A program made the translations under genes and the position numbers. Below, piece after piece: positions 17,736 through 28,464 of a stretch of 64,000 bases of DNA (its first letter is position 1; each line of letters opens with the position of its first letter). The notes beneath the pieces were generated by a model, which was not told the DNA's origin, did no database searches, and was given only the letters and a program-made list of their open reading frames with translations. The DNA is from a virus. The stretch covers positions 4,499 to 68,498 of the IMG/VR virus record IMGVR_UViG_3300005529_000005; one strand, written 5' to 3'.

Positions 17736-18190
17736 TGCACGGGGAGTGGCCGCTGCCGGGGTCGGTGATCGAGGCCGGCAACGGGATGATCTTCATCCTG
17801 GAGGGCTGCATGCTGATCTCGGCGGCGCTCTACTTCGCCTCCCAGGTCAGGCTGGTAGCGCGCTCCGCCTACGACGTGAAGTCGACGCGCCTCCAGATCG
17901 CGGCGCGCGTCTACGCTAGGACCAAGGCCTCGTGGGCGGCGACGATCATCTTCTTCGGGCTCTTCCTCCGCACCGGCGACGTGTGGTGGGTTCGGCACCT
18001 GCAGAACCACGGAGGGGATCCTGGCTGGTTCGGCCCGCTCGCGCAGCCGATCATCATCGCGTCCAGCGTCCCGATCATCTGGGGCGCGATCTGCTGGATG
18101 CGCGCCGTCCTCCCGCTCCGGTTCTCACCGTGGGCGTGGGTCGCGGTCACGGCGGCGGCGATACTGTTCGGGGTGTGGATGGCGGTCTGA
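17732..18190 (+). CDS. Polytopic membrane protein
   Basis: About four hydrophobic segments; coupled to the upstream stop. Confidence 0.65.
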   Translation: MMHGEWPLPGSVIEAGNGMIFILEGCMLISAALYFASQVRLVARSAYDVKSTRLQIAARVYARTKASWAATIIFFGLFLRTGDVWWVRHLQNHGGDPGWFGPLAQPIIIASSVPIIWGAICWMRAVLPLRFSPWAWVAVTAAAILFGVWMAV

Positions 18191-18209
18191 GGAGCGCCGA
18201 GGGGGAGCC

Positions 18210-18641
18210 GTGGCGGGACGCAAGAACAGCGTTTCACTGAAGGAGCACTTCGACGCGCTGCGCCGGGCGGACCTCGCCCGCGCCAAGGCCGAGCGCCGGG
18301 CGGATCGGCGCGTGCGCAAGGCTGATCAGGTAGCCATCAAGCTCGACCGAAGATGGACGCGCGAGCGGCTGAAGACCCACAACAACCTGCTGACCAAGTG
18401 GCAGGACGCTACCGCTACCCTCGTCGGGACGCTCGCGCGCAAGGACGCGCTGGACGCTCTCCACGCGGAGTTCGAGGCCTACAAAGAGATCACCGCCAAG
18501 GCGCTCACGCTGGCCGAGGGGAACGCCACCGGAAAGAGGAGCGGCTTCGACGCGGTGAGGACCGGCATATCGTTCGCCGCCGGCCTCGTCGTGGCGCTGA
18601 TCACGGCGTACCTGTTCTTCAAGAGCGGGCACTCACCGTAG
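18210..18641 (+). CDS. Coiled-coil protein with C-terminal membrane anchor
   Basis: GGGGAG RBS with GTG; ends ISFAAGLVVALITAYLFF. Confidence 0.6.
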   Translation: MAGRKNSVSLKEHFDALRRADLARAKAERRADRRVRKADQVAIKLDRRWTRERLKTHNNLLTKWQDATATLVGTLARKDALDALHAEFEAYKEITAKALTLAEGNATGKRSGFDAVRTGISFAAGLVVALITAYLFFKSGHSP

Positions 18642-18712
18642 GCCGGCCGGAACCTTTAGACCCTGGCGCCAGTTGAGGTCACGCCGCAACCCTGCGGGCG
18701 GAGACCTGCCCC

Positions 18713-18910
18713 GTGCTTGGCACCATCCTGATCGTGATCCTGGTCCTCTTCCTCCTCGGAGGCCTGGGCGGCGTCGGCGGTCCCATCGGCCCGATCGGGC
18801 CGACGAACCGGTGGCAGTACGGCTACGGTTACGGCCACGGCGGCGTCAGCCTGATCGGCGTTCTCCTCGTCGTGCTGGTCGTGTTCCTGCTGCTCGGCCA
18901 TAGGTTCTGA
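18713..18910 (+). CDS. DUF3309-like small membrane protein
   Basis: LGTILIVILVLFLLGG...WQYGYG.GHGGVSLIGVLLVVLVVFLLLG. Confidence 0.75.
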   Translation: MLGTILIVILVLFLLGGLGGVGGPIGPIGPTNRWQYGYGYGHGGVSLIGVLLVVLVVFLLLGHRF

Positions 18911-18911
18911 C

Positions 18912-19028
18912 GTGCCCGCCACCATCACCCCGTACCTGATCGGCGTGTGGTTCTGCGTCGGCTTCTTCACCGGCTGCGGGTGGGCGCTCGCCCTCTGGCT
19001 GGTCGGGCGGCTGCTCGCGAGGTTCTAG
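18912..19028 (+). CDS. 38-aa hydrophobic peptide
   Basis: GTG right after the DUF3309 stop; YLIGVWFCVGFFTGCGWALALWLVGRLL; below the ORF-track cutoff. Confidence 0.45.
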   Translation: MPATITPYLIGVWFCVGFFTGCGWALALWLVGRLLARF

Positions 19029-19711
19029 CCTCGCTCCCCCTCGGGAGGCTCGACCGGCTCAGCCGGCTCAGCCGGACGCGCGACCAGAGAGGCGAGCTCG
19101 GCCTCCATGTCGTCGCCCGCCGCTCCGTTCGCTCCATCCCGCCTGAGGAACGCCGGCGCTCGGCGCCCGTAGGCGTCCGCCCCAGGCTCGCGCCGCGGCG
19201 CCGCCGCGCGCTCTATCTGGACCTGACCGTTCCACACCGCGATCGCGTGGCGCGCGCGCGTGACCTCCTCGTGCAGCTTGGAGCGGTCGCGGTTGATCGC
19301 CTCGACGTACTCCGCGAGCCCGTCGGAGGCGGCGAGCAGCGCCGTGTTATTGTCCGCCATCCGCGTGAAGACGCTGACGCCCTCCTGGAGGAGCGCGCCG
19401 TGCTCGCGCAGCAGCTTATCGACCTCGCCCGGGAGCGCGGGGCGCGGCGGACGCGGACGGTCGGCGGCGGCTCGCTGCTCGAGCTGGTAGCGGTAGTGGT
19501 CGTCGGCGCTCGCCTCGATCTCGGCGGAGAGCGTGCGGCCGCCGAACCAGAGGGATCCTCCGCAGATCAGGAAGCCGACGATGGCGAGGAGGAAGAGCGG
19601 CGCGGCGCCGCCCGGCGCGAACCAGGCGACGAAGGTGAAGGCTCCGCCGACGGCGGCGCCGAGGATCGTGCCGACGACGGCGGCGGTGATCTTGAGTCCG
19701 TACGAGGTCAT
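19025..19711 (-). CDS. Membrane protein (2 TM) with coiled-coil cytoplasmic domain
   Basis: GGGAG RBS; two N-terminal TM helices. Confidence 0.65.
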   Translation of the reverse strand: MTSYGLKITAAVVGTILGAAVGGAFTFVAWFAPGGAAPLFLLAIVGFLICGGSLWFGGRTLSAEIEASADDHYRYQLEQRAAADRPRPPRPALPGEVDKLLREHGALLQEGVSVFTRMADNNTALLAASDGLAEYVEAINRDRSKLHEEVTRARHAIAVWNGQVQIERAAAPRREPGADAYGRRAPAFLRRDGANGAAGDDMEAELASLVARPAEPAEPVEPPEGERG

Positions 19712-19845
19712 TGTCGGGTTCTCCCGTTCAGCGTTGATGACGACTCGAACGCAACAAGCTACTTGCGCGCCGGCCGGATGCGGCCGATAAATACCGCGTC
19801 GGCGACCCGTCCACCATCTTCAGGTCGCGGACGTTCTCCCACCCT

Positions 19846-20289
19846 TCAACTGCCGCGGCGGCGTCCCCCGCCGCGGCTCCGTTTCTTCGGCGCTGATCCG
19901 TAGAGCCTCTCGCCCTTCGGACCGATCGTCACCGTCATGCGCCCGGCGGCGACCTCACCCTCGGCGAAGTCGGTGAACATCTGCGTCAGCATTTCCGTCT
20001 GGTAGGCCTCGACGACGGCGGGGTTCCGTCTGAAGAGCCTCTTCAGCGCGTCAAGACAGTGGGCCTCCGGCGCGCTCACCGCGAAGAGCGCGGCCGCGGC
20101 CTCGATCGACCCGTCGCCGGCGCGCAGCACGAGAGCGTCTATCAGGAGGACGTTCTCCGTCCCCGGGGCGAACGGCTCACAGAGGGCGACGCATCTCTCG
20201 ACCAACTCGTCGGTAGACATCAGCCGCAGCCGCATGACGCAGGCCTTCAACTCGTCGCGGAGCGCGTCCAGGGATCGCTGGTCGCTCAC
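19846..20289 (-). CDS. Hypothetical protein
   Basis: GTG overlaps the DUF5131 stop; non-shadow composition. Confidence 0.55.
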   Translation of the reverse strand: MSDQRSLDALRDELKACVMRLRLMSTDELVERCVALCEPFAPGTENVLLIDALVLRAGDGSIEAAAALFAVSAPEAHCLDALKRLFRRNPAVVEAYQTEMLTQMFTDFAEGEVAAGRMTVTIGPKGERLYGSAPKKRSRGGGRRRGS

Positions 20290-21188
20290 CGGAGCGCCTC
20301 CGGGAACTGCTGAACGCGCAGGTCCTCCGGCCACTCGGCAGGGTCGGCACCGGCGCGGTCCTTCAACCGCGTCGCCAAGTACGGGAACGGCATCGAGCCG
20401 ACCTGCTTCTGGAAGTAGGCGACGCCGGCGGCGGCGCACTGGTCGCGCAACGAGCGCGCCCACGCGAGGTCGTAGACGCGCGGCTCGTGGTCCTTGCCCT
20501 GCTTGCTCTCGCCACCGCTGATGACCCAATCGACGCACTCGAAGGACATGAGATCGTAGGCGGACCATTTATGCCCGTCTGGGTCGGCCAGCCAGGGCTC
20601 ACCGTTGGGGGCGCCTCTTGTCGTGGTCAGATGCCAAAGCCCCCCGGCGCGGGGCACCGGCAGCATGATGGGGCCTAACTGCGGCTCGATCGACAGCCCG
20701 AGCCACGGGATGCGGAGCTTCGCCTTGAGCGCGAGGGCGCGCGGCACGTCACGGTCGGCCTCCTCCTGGTTCACGACGGTGATGATCAGGCCGGCGTGCT
20801 TCGGCCAGGTGCCGTGCCAGATCTGCGCGAGCCGCTTCTCGATCACGCTGACCCGCTTCGTCACGATCTGGAGGCGGAGGCGTTCGGCGGCGTGGATGCA
20901 ATTCCACGCGTGGTCGAACCACTCCAGCGGGACCTCGACGTCGAACAGGTCCGACATCGATTGAACGAAAGCGCGCGTACCGGGCTGCTTGTCGTTGAGG
21001 CGACCGATCAGCCGTTCCGCGCTGGCGATCTTCCGGCGGGGCACGCCGACGCCCCAGTGCGCTCCGCCGGTCCGCTGATCCCATTTTTCAGCGTAGCAGT
21101 GATCACACCCGGGACCGACCTTCGTACAACCCCACCAGAAGTTGACGGTCGCGTCCGTCCAGCCGATCGCGGTCTTCGCGCCCATCAC
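20286..21188 (-). CDS. DUF5131 (phage Gp37/Gp68) family protein
   Basis: TAIGWTDATVNFWWGCTKVGPGCDHCYAE (CxxxxxxCxxC), FVQSMSDLF, LSIEPQLG, WVISGGES. Confidence 0.92.
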   Translation of the reverse strand: MMGAKTAIGWTDATVNFWWGCTKVGPGCDHCYAEKWDQRTGGAHWGVGVPRRKIASAERLIGRLNDKQPGTRAFVQSMSDLFDVEVPLEWFDHAWNCIHAAERLRLQIVTKRVSVIEKRLAQIWHGTWPKHAGLIITVVNQEEADRDVPRALALKAKLRIPWLGLSIEPQLGPIMLPVPRAGGLWHLTTTRGAPNGEPWLADPDGHKWSAYDLMSFECVDWVISGGESKQGKDHEPRVYDLAWARSLRDQCAAAGVAYFQKQVGSMPFPYLATRLKDRAGADPAEWPEDLRVQQFPEALR

Positions 21189-21509
21189 CGCCTCCCCTTC
21201 CGCTTCGCCTTCTTCGCCGGCCTCTTGGCCGGGACTGCCTCGACGGCCTTCCTGACCTCGGTGGCCGGCGCGCGTGGCGGCGCCGTCTTCGCGAAGCTGG
21301 CCTCGCGCATCGCGCGCAGGCCGTCATACTTCGAGCTCGGTTGCTCCTTCGACATCACGGGTCTCCCTGTTGGCGTCCGCCGCTTCGCGCAGCAGGATCG
21401 CGAGGTAGAGGGCATAGTCGGGGTGCCGCGCGAAGACGCGGCGGTCATCGGTCAGGACGCCGGCGGCGGCGGCGTGGAGCCGCTCCCTGAGCGGTTCGCG
21501 GTGGGTCAT
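21185..21509 (-). other. Two small hypothetical ORFs (21185..21355 basic; 21324..21509)
   Basis: Tandem overlapping ORFs in the leftward operon. Confidence 0.45.
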
Positions 21510-21979
21510 CGGTCCTTCCTCCGGTTGAACGGCCGGGCGCCTGACGGCGGCCAGCGGCTCGCGCTCCGGAGGGGGCGCTTGGGCCAAGTCCTCGCCACCC
21601 CCGGCGCGGGCCGGGGGCGATTACGGGGTGGCCTGGTTAATCTGGGGTTAACGGGAGGGCGTCCGGCTGAGAACTCGCCGTAGAGCCGCTCCGCGAGCCC
21701 GAAGGGGTCTATAGCGAGGCGGGAGAAGAACCGCTCCTCCCCGACCCGGTGGAGGGCCTGAGGACCGTCCAGGTGGCAGCTCGAGCAGAGGGGAACCGCC
21801 CACCGGTCGTCGGGCTTCTCCTGCATCCCGGTCTCCCGCTTTCCCCGGTCAGGGCACGCCGCGCGAAGGTGGGCCGCCTGGACGCGCGGGGGCGCCCCGC
21901 AGGAGCAGCACCGCCGCCCCCGGAGGAAGTCGAGGAAGTCCGGGTCCTCGACGCGCGGCTGGCGCTGGCGGAGCGTCAC
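21506..21979 (-). CDS. DUF968-like Zn-binding HNH-fold protein
   Basis: FLDFLRGRRCCSCG...AAHLR...KPDDRWAVPLCSSCH. Confidence 0.75.
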   Translation of the reverse strand: MTLRQRQPRVEDPDFLDFLRGRRCCSCGAPPRVQAAHLRAACPDRGKRETGMQEKPDDRWAVPLCSSCHLDGPQALHRVGEERFFSRLAIDPFGLAERLYGEFSAGRPPVNPRLTRPPRNRPRPAPGVARTWPKRPLRSASRWPPSGARPFNRRKDR

Positions 21980-22087
21980 GCTTTCTCACCAACATTGGGC
22001 TCTGCGGAGGGCGGGGAGAGCACCGATCTCCATCGACTTGGGCGCGAGGCCGTTTGCAAGCCGCCGTTATGGGATGCCTTCACTCTC

Positions 22088-25012
22088 CTAGGATCGCTCG
22101 GCATCGCCGCCCTCCGCAGAACCCAACTTCTCACCATGAATGCGATCCGGCCAGCACGCTCGGATCAGTCGCTCTGTCGGGTCAACACTCCATGACGTGC
22201 CGCAAAGCTGCGGGTCGCGGTCTCTGTTCACGTCGCGACCCATCGAGTCGTCGAAGCCATGTTCGACGATCTTGAGAAGCCCATGTCGAATTAAATCCCG
22301 CAGTTCGCGCCGAAAGTAGGCGCCGTCGAGACGATCAGACGCGCAATCGCGGAACCGAGAGACCGGGCCGCGGATGTCGCAAAATCGTATATGCTCGTCG
22401 ATCTCCAGTAGTATCGGCAGCGACGACGAGCGAAACCGGATGCGCTGTGCCATCATCGTTGCTTCGGCGGTCGCTCGCACGCTTCTTCCCATCGCTTGCG
22501 CCATTCCTCTTTCGGGAACGAGCGCGCGTAGAGGAAGCCAATTATTTCGCCCAAGCTGAACCCGCCGCGGCACCCTCGGCCGGCGAGGTCGACCATCGCG
22601 GACTGCGGAGCGTAGACGTGGCAGTAGACCTCGTAAGCCCGCAGGGCGACCGACGCGGGAATGACGGGGCGCAGATGCGGTCGCACGAAGTCCTGCGTTT
22701 GTACGGGATGAAACTCGGTCATCATCAGTCCTCCTCCGGCGGGATCAGCCAGCCGATGTCCTCGTTCTCGACGCCGCACGCGCGGTCGATCTCCGCCTGG
22801 ACCGCGCGGTCAGCGAAGCTCTCGTCATCGGCGGCCTCCGCCTCGGGCGGCGGGAGCGGAGTCGAAACGACTCCGTTGAGGACCTCCCACGTCCACTCGC
22901 AGACGCGGCTCCACGCGACGCCGACCGCGCGGTCCCACTTCCCGGGATAGTCCGGGCCGTCGTGGCGGGCGCCGACGTGGAAGGAGACCTGGCCGGTCGG
23001 CAGGTCGAAGTAGACGACGTGGTGGTGCGGGTCGTCGGGGCGGCTGCGCTTCATCACCTCGTCGATCCCCCAACCCCACCGGAAGGGCGGAGGGTTCATC
23101 CCGGCGAGGATCCTGGTCGCGTTCTCCACGCTCCAGTCCTTCCGCTCGTAGGACGCCGATATGTGTCCCGGGCCGCGCCGGTACTTCTTCGCGCGCTCGG
23201 AGGTCTTGCACGCGCGGAAGAGGTTCACCGCGATCAGGCCCATCGGCCCGACCGCCTCCAGCTTGGCGTAGAGGGCCTTCGTCGCGTCGCCGCTCGACCC
23301 CTTGTAGACGGCGACGATCTCGTCAAGCGTCATCTGCGTTGCTCCACGTCACCGTCTCCCGCGCGAGGGCGTAGGTTCCGACGCGCGCCTCACCCGCGAC
23401 CGGGGCGATCAGCGCCGCGGCGACGATCTCCTCCGGCCGGAAGTTCTCCTGACGGAGGACGGCGTCGTAGTCGAGGTATCGCAGCGCGCCGGCCGCGACT
23501 GCAAAGGCGCTCATTCTCCCCTCCCGTAGTAGGCGGTCAACGGTTGCTTCCCTTCGATGTCGTGCTCCCAGGCGGCGAAGGCCTCGTCGGCGTCCGAGCT
23601 CGGGATGAACTCCGCGATCGCGTCGGCGCCGAGCGAGTCCCCGTCCCACATGAGGTCGTAGATGCGCTGACGCATCGCGGCCCGGAGACGGTCCGCGCGA
23701 TTCTCGGCGAACAGCCTGAGCGCCGCGACCGAGTCCTTCGGTCCACCGCTCTCCTCCATCCGGCTCGCCAGCACGAGTAGGAGCTGGATCAGGCTCCGGT
23801 TGCCCCTCACGTTCGGCCCCCGGTCAGGATCACGGCGGAGTCGGTCTCGACGTGCCTCGGGACCTTCTTCCACCGCTCGGCGATGGCCGGGAATTTCCCG
23901 GTGATCGTGGCTACGACCGCGTCGGCCGCGAGGTCGTGGGCCATCATCTGGTACATGTCCCGCTCCGCCTCGGTCTCCTCGATGCGCGACGCGCGCGCGA
24001 GCGCCATCCTGACGGCGGGCCAATGGGCGACGGCGGCGGCCGCGAGCCCTTGCTGGAGGCCGACCTCGACGAAGCCGAGTCGAGCCTTCTGCCGTTGGGC
24101 GGCGTTGACCTGATGCTGAAGGCTCCGGAGCGCGGTGTGCGCGGTCTCCGGGAGCATCGCGCGGAGGTCGGCGGCGACGGCCTTCAGGACCAGATAATCG
24201 CGGTGCTCTGGCGTTCCCGGGTTCGCGCGCGCGCCGGCGAGGCGAAGCGCCTCGACCAGGCGCTCGACCACAAGGATCTTCTCAGCGTCCATGACGTCGT
24301 CGCTCATGCGCTCCTCCAGGCCTTGGCCTTCATCCCGCTCTCGTTCGCTCGCCGCTCTCCGGTCGGGACGATCCGGGGCGGGTCAGCCTTCGCCAGCTCG
24401 GTCACGCGCGGGCGGACGGAGAGGACGCTCCGGCCGACGGCGGCGGCGGCCTCGTCAGCGGTCAGGCCGCGCGCGCCGGCGGCGGCGATCGCGGCGTAGA
24501 CCCTCTCGCGCAGGATGGCGGCATCGCCGGTGACCCGGCGCGCGGCGTCGCGCGACGTCGTGGGCTCCTTCCAGCCGGGCTCTCCCGGGTAGCGGCCGCG
24601 GCCGTCGACGAACGCTTCGGCAAGGCGGCTCACGGCGCGCTCCTCAGTCGCCAGAACGCGGGCGTGTAGTAGGCGTACATCGACGAGCCGTCAGGGAGCC
24701 AAACCGCGCCCCCGCACCACTTTCCCGCGACGATCTTTCCGTCGGCGGCGATCCACTCGATGGGCTTGTCCTTCGGCGGCATGGCCTGCACCGTGGCGGT
24801 GAAGTCGGTCATCCTTGCTTCTCCTCGATGACGGGTCCGACGTTGATCCGGACGACGACCGCCGACCCGCGGCGGCGGAGCGCCTCGGAGAGGTCCCCGT
24901 AGATGATCGCGGCCTCGTACGGCGTCGAGAACTCGAGGACGATCTTGACGGTCGGGCGCCGGCGCCCGAGCTCGATCTCGGCGGTCTTCCCCCTGACGGC
25001 GAAGTCGGTCAC
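22088..25012 (-). other. Run of small hypothetical early genes (approx. 22088..22456, 22453..22725, 22725..23333, 23323..23514, 23511..23810, 23807..24307, 24304..24633 wHTH-like, 24630..24812, 24809..25012)
   Basis: Head-to-tail ORFs with 1-4 nt stop/start overlaps, typical of phage early arms. Confidence 0.6.
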
Positions 25013-25593
25013 GCTGACATTCCTCCTTCACGCTCCAGGGTCCCGCGCTCCACGCCGATCGCGTGCTCCAGCCAGCCGAGCACGTCCTTCTTGCTGGCCT
25101 CGAACGTCGCCTTGTCCCGCATGGCGTCCATCGCCTGGGATTTCGCCCGCCGCACGATCACCCTGACCTTGCGGTCGCCGGCGCGGTGGAGGCTGATCCG
25201 CGCGTACTCGTCCTCGGTCCGGATGAACGTCCCGAGCCGCTGAGCGTCGCGGCGCGCGTGGACGCCCTCGAACTCAAAGTCCTTCTCGTCGAACCACCCG
25301 GTCTCGATCAGGATCCACTTCCGCATGTGCTCGCTGGTCGGCCAGCGCGCGGCCATCGTCTCGGGGAGGTTGTCGAAGGCGTCGCTGAGCTGCGCGAAGT
25401 AGCCGTTGTGGCTCTTTCGGGAGCGGGCCTCCGCGATGACGAGCGTGTACTCCTCACCCGCGTGGAACTGGCGCTTCGCGACGTTGTCGTAGCGCGGGTT
25501 CGGGTCCATGACGTGACGGCGGGAGACTACGCCGTCCTCGTCGACGATCTGGACCTCTCGCCAGGTGAAGTTGACGGGGAGCGTGCGGCTCAC
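25009..25593 (-). CDS. NinB/DUF1367-like recombination accessory protein
   Basis: ARSRKSHNGYFAQLSDAF...WILIETGWFD...SQAMDAM; located near ERF and exonuclease. Confidence 0.5.
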   Translation of the reverse strand: MSRTLPVNFTWREVQIVDEDGVVSRRHVMDPNPRYDNVAKRQFHAGEEYTLVIAEARSRKSHNGYFAQLSDAFDNLPETMAARWPTSEHMRKWILIETGWFDEKDFEFEGVHARRDAQRLGTFIRTEDEYARISLHRAGDRKVRVIVRRAKSQAMDAMRDKATFEASKKDVLGWLEHAIGVERGTLEREGGMSA

Positions 25594-25778
25594 GACGCAA
25601 TCTCCTTCGCCAACTGTGTGATCGAGACGCGCTCGACCGGCGTCCCGCGCACGTATCCCCCGTACCATTTAGCGGGCTTAAATTGCCAATCTCCGTCACC
25701 GTCAAGCTTGAACGGGTGGAAGCCTCTCGCCTCTAACGCGCGGACGAGCTTCTCCTCCATGTCTCGCCAGTCGCTCAT
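25590..25778 (-). CDS. Hypothetical protein
   Basis: Coupled small ORF. Confidence 0.45.
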   Translation of the reverse strand: MSDWRDMEEKLVRALEARGFHPFKLDGDGDWQFKPAKWYGGYVRGTPVERVSITQLAKEIAS

Positions 25779-26248
25779 AGCGGCTCCCACTCGATCAGCA
25801 GGCCTCGAAACTCCTTCGGCAGGAGCTTGGGCTTTCCGGACCTCAGTCTCAGGCCGTGCTCCTCGCGCCAGAACTCCCGCATCTCGTCCCAGGAGCGGAA
25901 GCCGTCACGGCGGGCGAAGGCGTTCAGCGTCTCCTCGGAGACGAATAGGTCTCCGCCCTCGATCGAGACGCGCTCCGCCCGGCCGAACGTGATCGTGATC
26001 CTCCTGACGCGCGTGCAGCGCGCCCGCCCGATCAGCCGCGCGTGCTTGGTCCTGAGCCCGAAGTAGAGCTGTATCTCCTCCCCGGGACGGGCGTGGCGCT
26101 TCTTGCCCTCCGCGCGGATCGTCTGAAGTTTTGGCTCGACCGCGGGGTCTACGTAGGCCTCGGCGTGGATCACGGCCGCGCCTGAGCGTAGGCCGAGCCC
26201 GACCTCGATCGCCGGGATGAACCGGCGCTTGTACGAATAGGCGACCAT
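25775..26248 (-). CDS. ASCH domain protein
   Basis: AYSYKRRF...KLQTIRA...HARPGEEIQLYFGLRTK...FARRDGF. Confidence 0.8.
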   Translation of the reverse strand: MVAYSYKRRFIPAIEVGLGLRSGAAVIHAEAYVDPAVEPKLQTIRAEGKKRHARPGEEIQLYFGLRTKHARLIGRARCTRVRRITITFGRAERVSIEGGDLFVSEETLNAFARRDGFRSWDEMREFWREEHGLRLRSGKPKLLPKEFRGLLIEWEPL

Positions 26249-26430
26249 CAGCGGGCGCTCCTCTTCTTCATGTCGCGAAGCTTCTCCGCGCAGCGATCGC
26301 ACTTGATCGAAACGCGCGTCGGGCGCCGCTTCGCGGTCACCCATTGATCGTGACCGCAATCAAGCTGCAGGCACCAACGCAGAGCGTTCATGGGTGATTG
26401 CTTCACCGCGAGGATTCGTGAAGGCTTCAC
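26248..26430 (-). CDS. Small Zn-ribbon protein
   Basis: LDCGH...KCDRC. Confidence 0.45.
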   Translation of the reverse strand: MKPSRILAVKQSPMNALRWCLQLDCGHDQWVTAKRRPTRVSIKCDRCAEKLRDMKKRSAR

Positions 26431-27101
26431 CGGCCCCTCCTCGCCTCGATCCGCTTGACCAGCTCGCGAAGCTCCCAGTCGAACTTCTCGACCTCGTTCT
26501 CGATCTGACGGCACGTCGACTCGTCCCGCTCGATCCGCCAGGACGGAGGGTTCGGGAAGCCCGGCCAGTAGACCATCAGGTCGCACCACCGGCGCCCCGA
26601 GAAGCAAAGCTCCCCGTGGCACTGCCAGCGGTGCTCGGACGGGAAGCGGCCGTTGTCGACGAGCTCGACGAGGAGGTCAGGCTGCATCGTCTTGATCTGG
26701 ACCATCCCGTCCTTCCCGACGAGCGAGTCGGGGGAGCACCCGACGACGATGTCGCCGCCGAACTTCCTCATCGTGCGCCGGACGAAGCCCACGCGCTCCA
26801 GCTCGACGCCGCGCGTGAAGGCGTAGTGCTCCAGCGCCTCCGGCTCGAGCGCGACGCCGCGCGCCATCGCGTCGTTGGAGAACGTCTCCATCGGCTGACG
26901 GGTGATCTTCTCGGCGGCGAGGCGGTAGAGGAGCTTCGACCGCATCCTCCGCTCCTCGCTCCCCGCCATGACGGCGGAGAGCACGGAGGCGGTGACGAGC
27001 CCGAGGCGGAGGGCGTACCAGTCCTCGCCGCGCTGCTCGCAGTCGAAGGTCTCTATGACCTCAGGGGGCGGCTTCCGGGCCGCGGTGGTCGCGCGCTTCA
27101 T
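26427..27101 (-). CDS. YqaJ/lambda-exonuclease family protein
   Basis: QRGEDWYALRLGLVTAS, GCSPDSLV, VQIKT (E-x-K replaced by Q-x-K), QCHGEL...WCD. Confidence 0.9.
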   Translation of the reverse strand: MKRATTAARKPPPEVIETFDCEQRGEDWYALRLGLVTASVLSAVMAGSEERRMRSKLLYRLAAEKITRQPMETFSNDAMARGVALEPEALEHYAFTRGVELERVGFVRRTMRKFGGDIVVGCSPDSLVGKDGMVQIKTMQPDLLVELVDNGRFPSEHRWQCHGELCFSGRRWCDLMVYWPGFPNPPSWRIERDESTCRQIENEVEKFDWELRELVKRIEARRGR

Positions 27102-27301
27102 CTTCCCTCCGGGTGTTCAAATCTGATCAGATTTCGTGGGTCGATCAGGCCTACGAAGGCCCTATGCTGAGACTGGAACGCTACCGCGCGCTGGCCGCGC
27201 ACCACCTGCGCGCGGCGCAGGAGTTGCCTGATCCAGGGGACCGCAGGCTCCACCTGTCCATGGCGATCTCCTGGGCCTCGCTGGCGACGAGGGAGCGGGA
27301 C

Positions 27302-27508
27302 TCACCGCTGCTCTCCGACGCGCGGGCGGTCCCGAGCGCGGACGCAGTCGAGCGTGATGTCGTCGATTGAGTACCCGGCCCGATCCGCGAACATGGCGAA
27401 CTGAGCCCGGTCCTGGATCGCGTCGCGGCATACCTGCATGGTGTCGTAGCTCGGCCCGAGCACGTCGAAGACGCGCCCGAGGTAGAGGAGCGTGATCCAG
27501 GTCTTCAC
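27302..27508 (-). CDS. Hypothetical protein
   Basis: GTG coupled to the ERF stop. Confidence 0.45.
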   Translation of the reverse strand: MKTWITLLYLGRVFDVLGPSYDTMQVCRDAIQDRAQFAMFADRAGYSIDDITLDCVRARDRPRVGEQR

Positions 27509-28464
27509 TGCTGACCTCCCTTGGCCTTCTCCTCCGCGAGCTTCTTCGCGTTCGCCTCGTAGCCGCGCAGCGCGTCGATCGCCGCATCGAACCGCGCGAC
27601 CGGCAGGTCGTCGAGCTTCTCCATCTCCGGGTGACCCTTCGGCCGCGTCTTGTTCAGGTGGGAGATCAGCCGCTCGACCTTGCAGCCGACCGCCTCCGCG
27701 AAGTCCCGGATGCGCGCGGCCTGGTCGACGTCGATGGGCTCGCCCATGACGACCGGGCGCCCGGAGCCCTTCCCGTCGTCATCCTCCTGCCGCGTGACGA
27801 TGTTCAGGACGGCGCAGGCCGTGTGGCGCTTCGCGTAGCTGACGGCGGACGCCCACGCCTGGGCGTTGTTCTTCGACCCGGTGGTGTCGGCCGGGAGGTC
27901 GAAGTAGCAGGAGTCGTCGGTGTAGCCGTAGCCAGAGAGGAGCGCGGTGACGCGCACGCGGCCGTCAGCGGCGGTCCCGATCCGGTGGCGGATGTGGAGG
28001 CCGTGCTCCGCGAGGATCGGGTTGACGATCGGCATGATCGTCTCCCACTTCGCGTAGGGCGTGTTCTGCGTCACGGCGCCGTCGCGCTTGCCGGTGGCCG
28101 TCTTCTCCTGGACGATGATCTTGCCGTCCCGGGTGATGACCGGGAGCGCGGGGATCACGCGCCCGAGCGCGTCGTCGAAGGCCGTCTTCGCGTTGCGGTC
28201 GAGGAGGCGCTCCTGAAGGGCGAGGAGGCGCTCCAGCTTCTCGGGGTCGACGGTCGGGTTCGTCGCGAGCCGCTCGATCACCGCCATGATCTGGAGCGGG
28301 TCAGCGATCGGGACGACGCGCGCCGGCTCCTCGCGCGCGCGCGCCGGGGTCTTCGGCTTCGGGTCTACCTTCGCCGGGAGCGACGGCTTTCCCTGCTCCT
28401 CGGGGGGCGTGAACAGGAGCGCCTCCGCGTCCTGCTCCTTCGCCTTGGTCTTCGCCTTCGTCAT
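27505..28464 (-). CDS. ERF-family single-strand annealing protein
   Basis: YAKWETIMPIVNPILAEHGL...GSKNNAQAWASAVSYAKRHTACAVLNI. Confidence 0.9.
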   Translation of the reverse strand: MTKAKTKAKEQDAEALLFTPPEEQGKPSLPAKVDPKPKTPARAREEPARVVPIADPLQIMAVIERLATNPTVDPEKLERLLALQERLLDRNAKTAFDDALGRVIPALPVITRDGKIIVQEKTATGKRDGAVTQNTPYAKWETIMPIVNPILAEHGLHIRHRIGTAADGRVRVTALLSGYGYTDDSCYFDLPADTTGSKNNAQAWASAVSYAKRHTACAVLNIVTRQEDDDGKGSGRPVVMGEPIDVDQAARIRDFAEAVGCKVERLISHLNKTRPKGHPEMEKLDDLPVARFDAAIDALRGYEANAKKLAEEKAKGGQQ

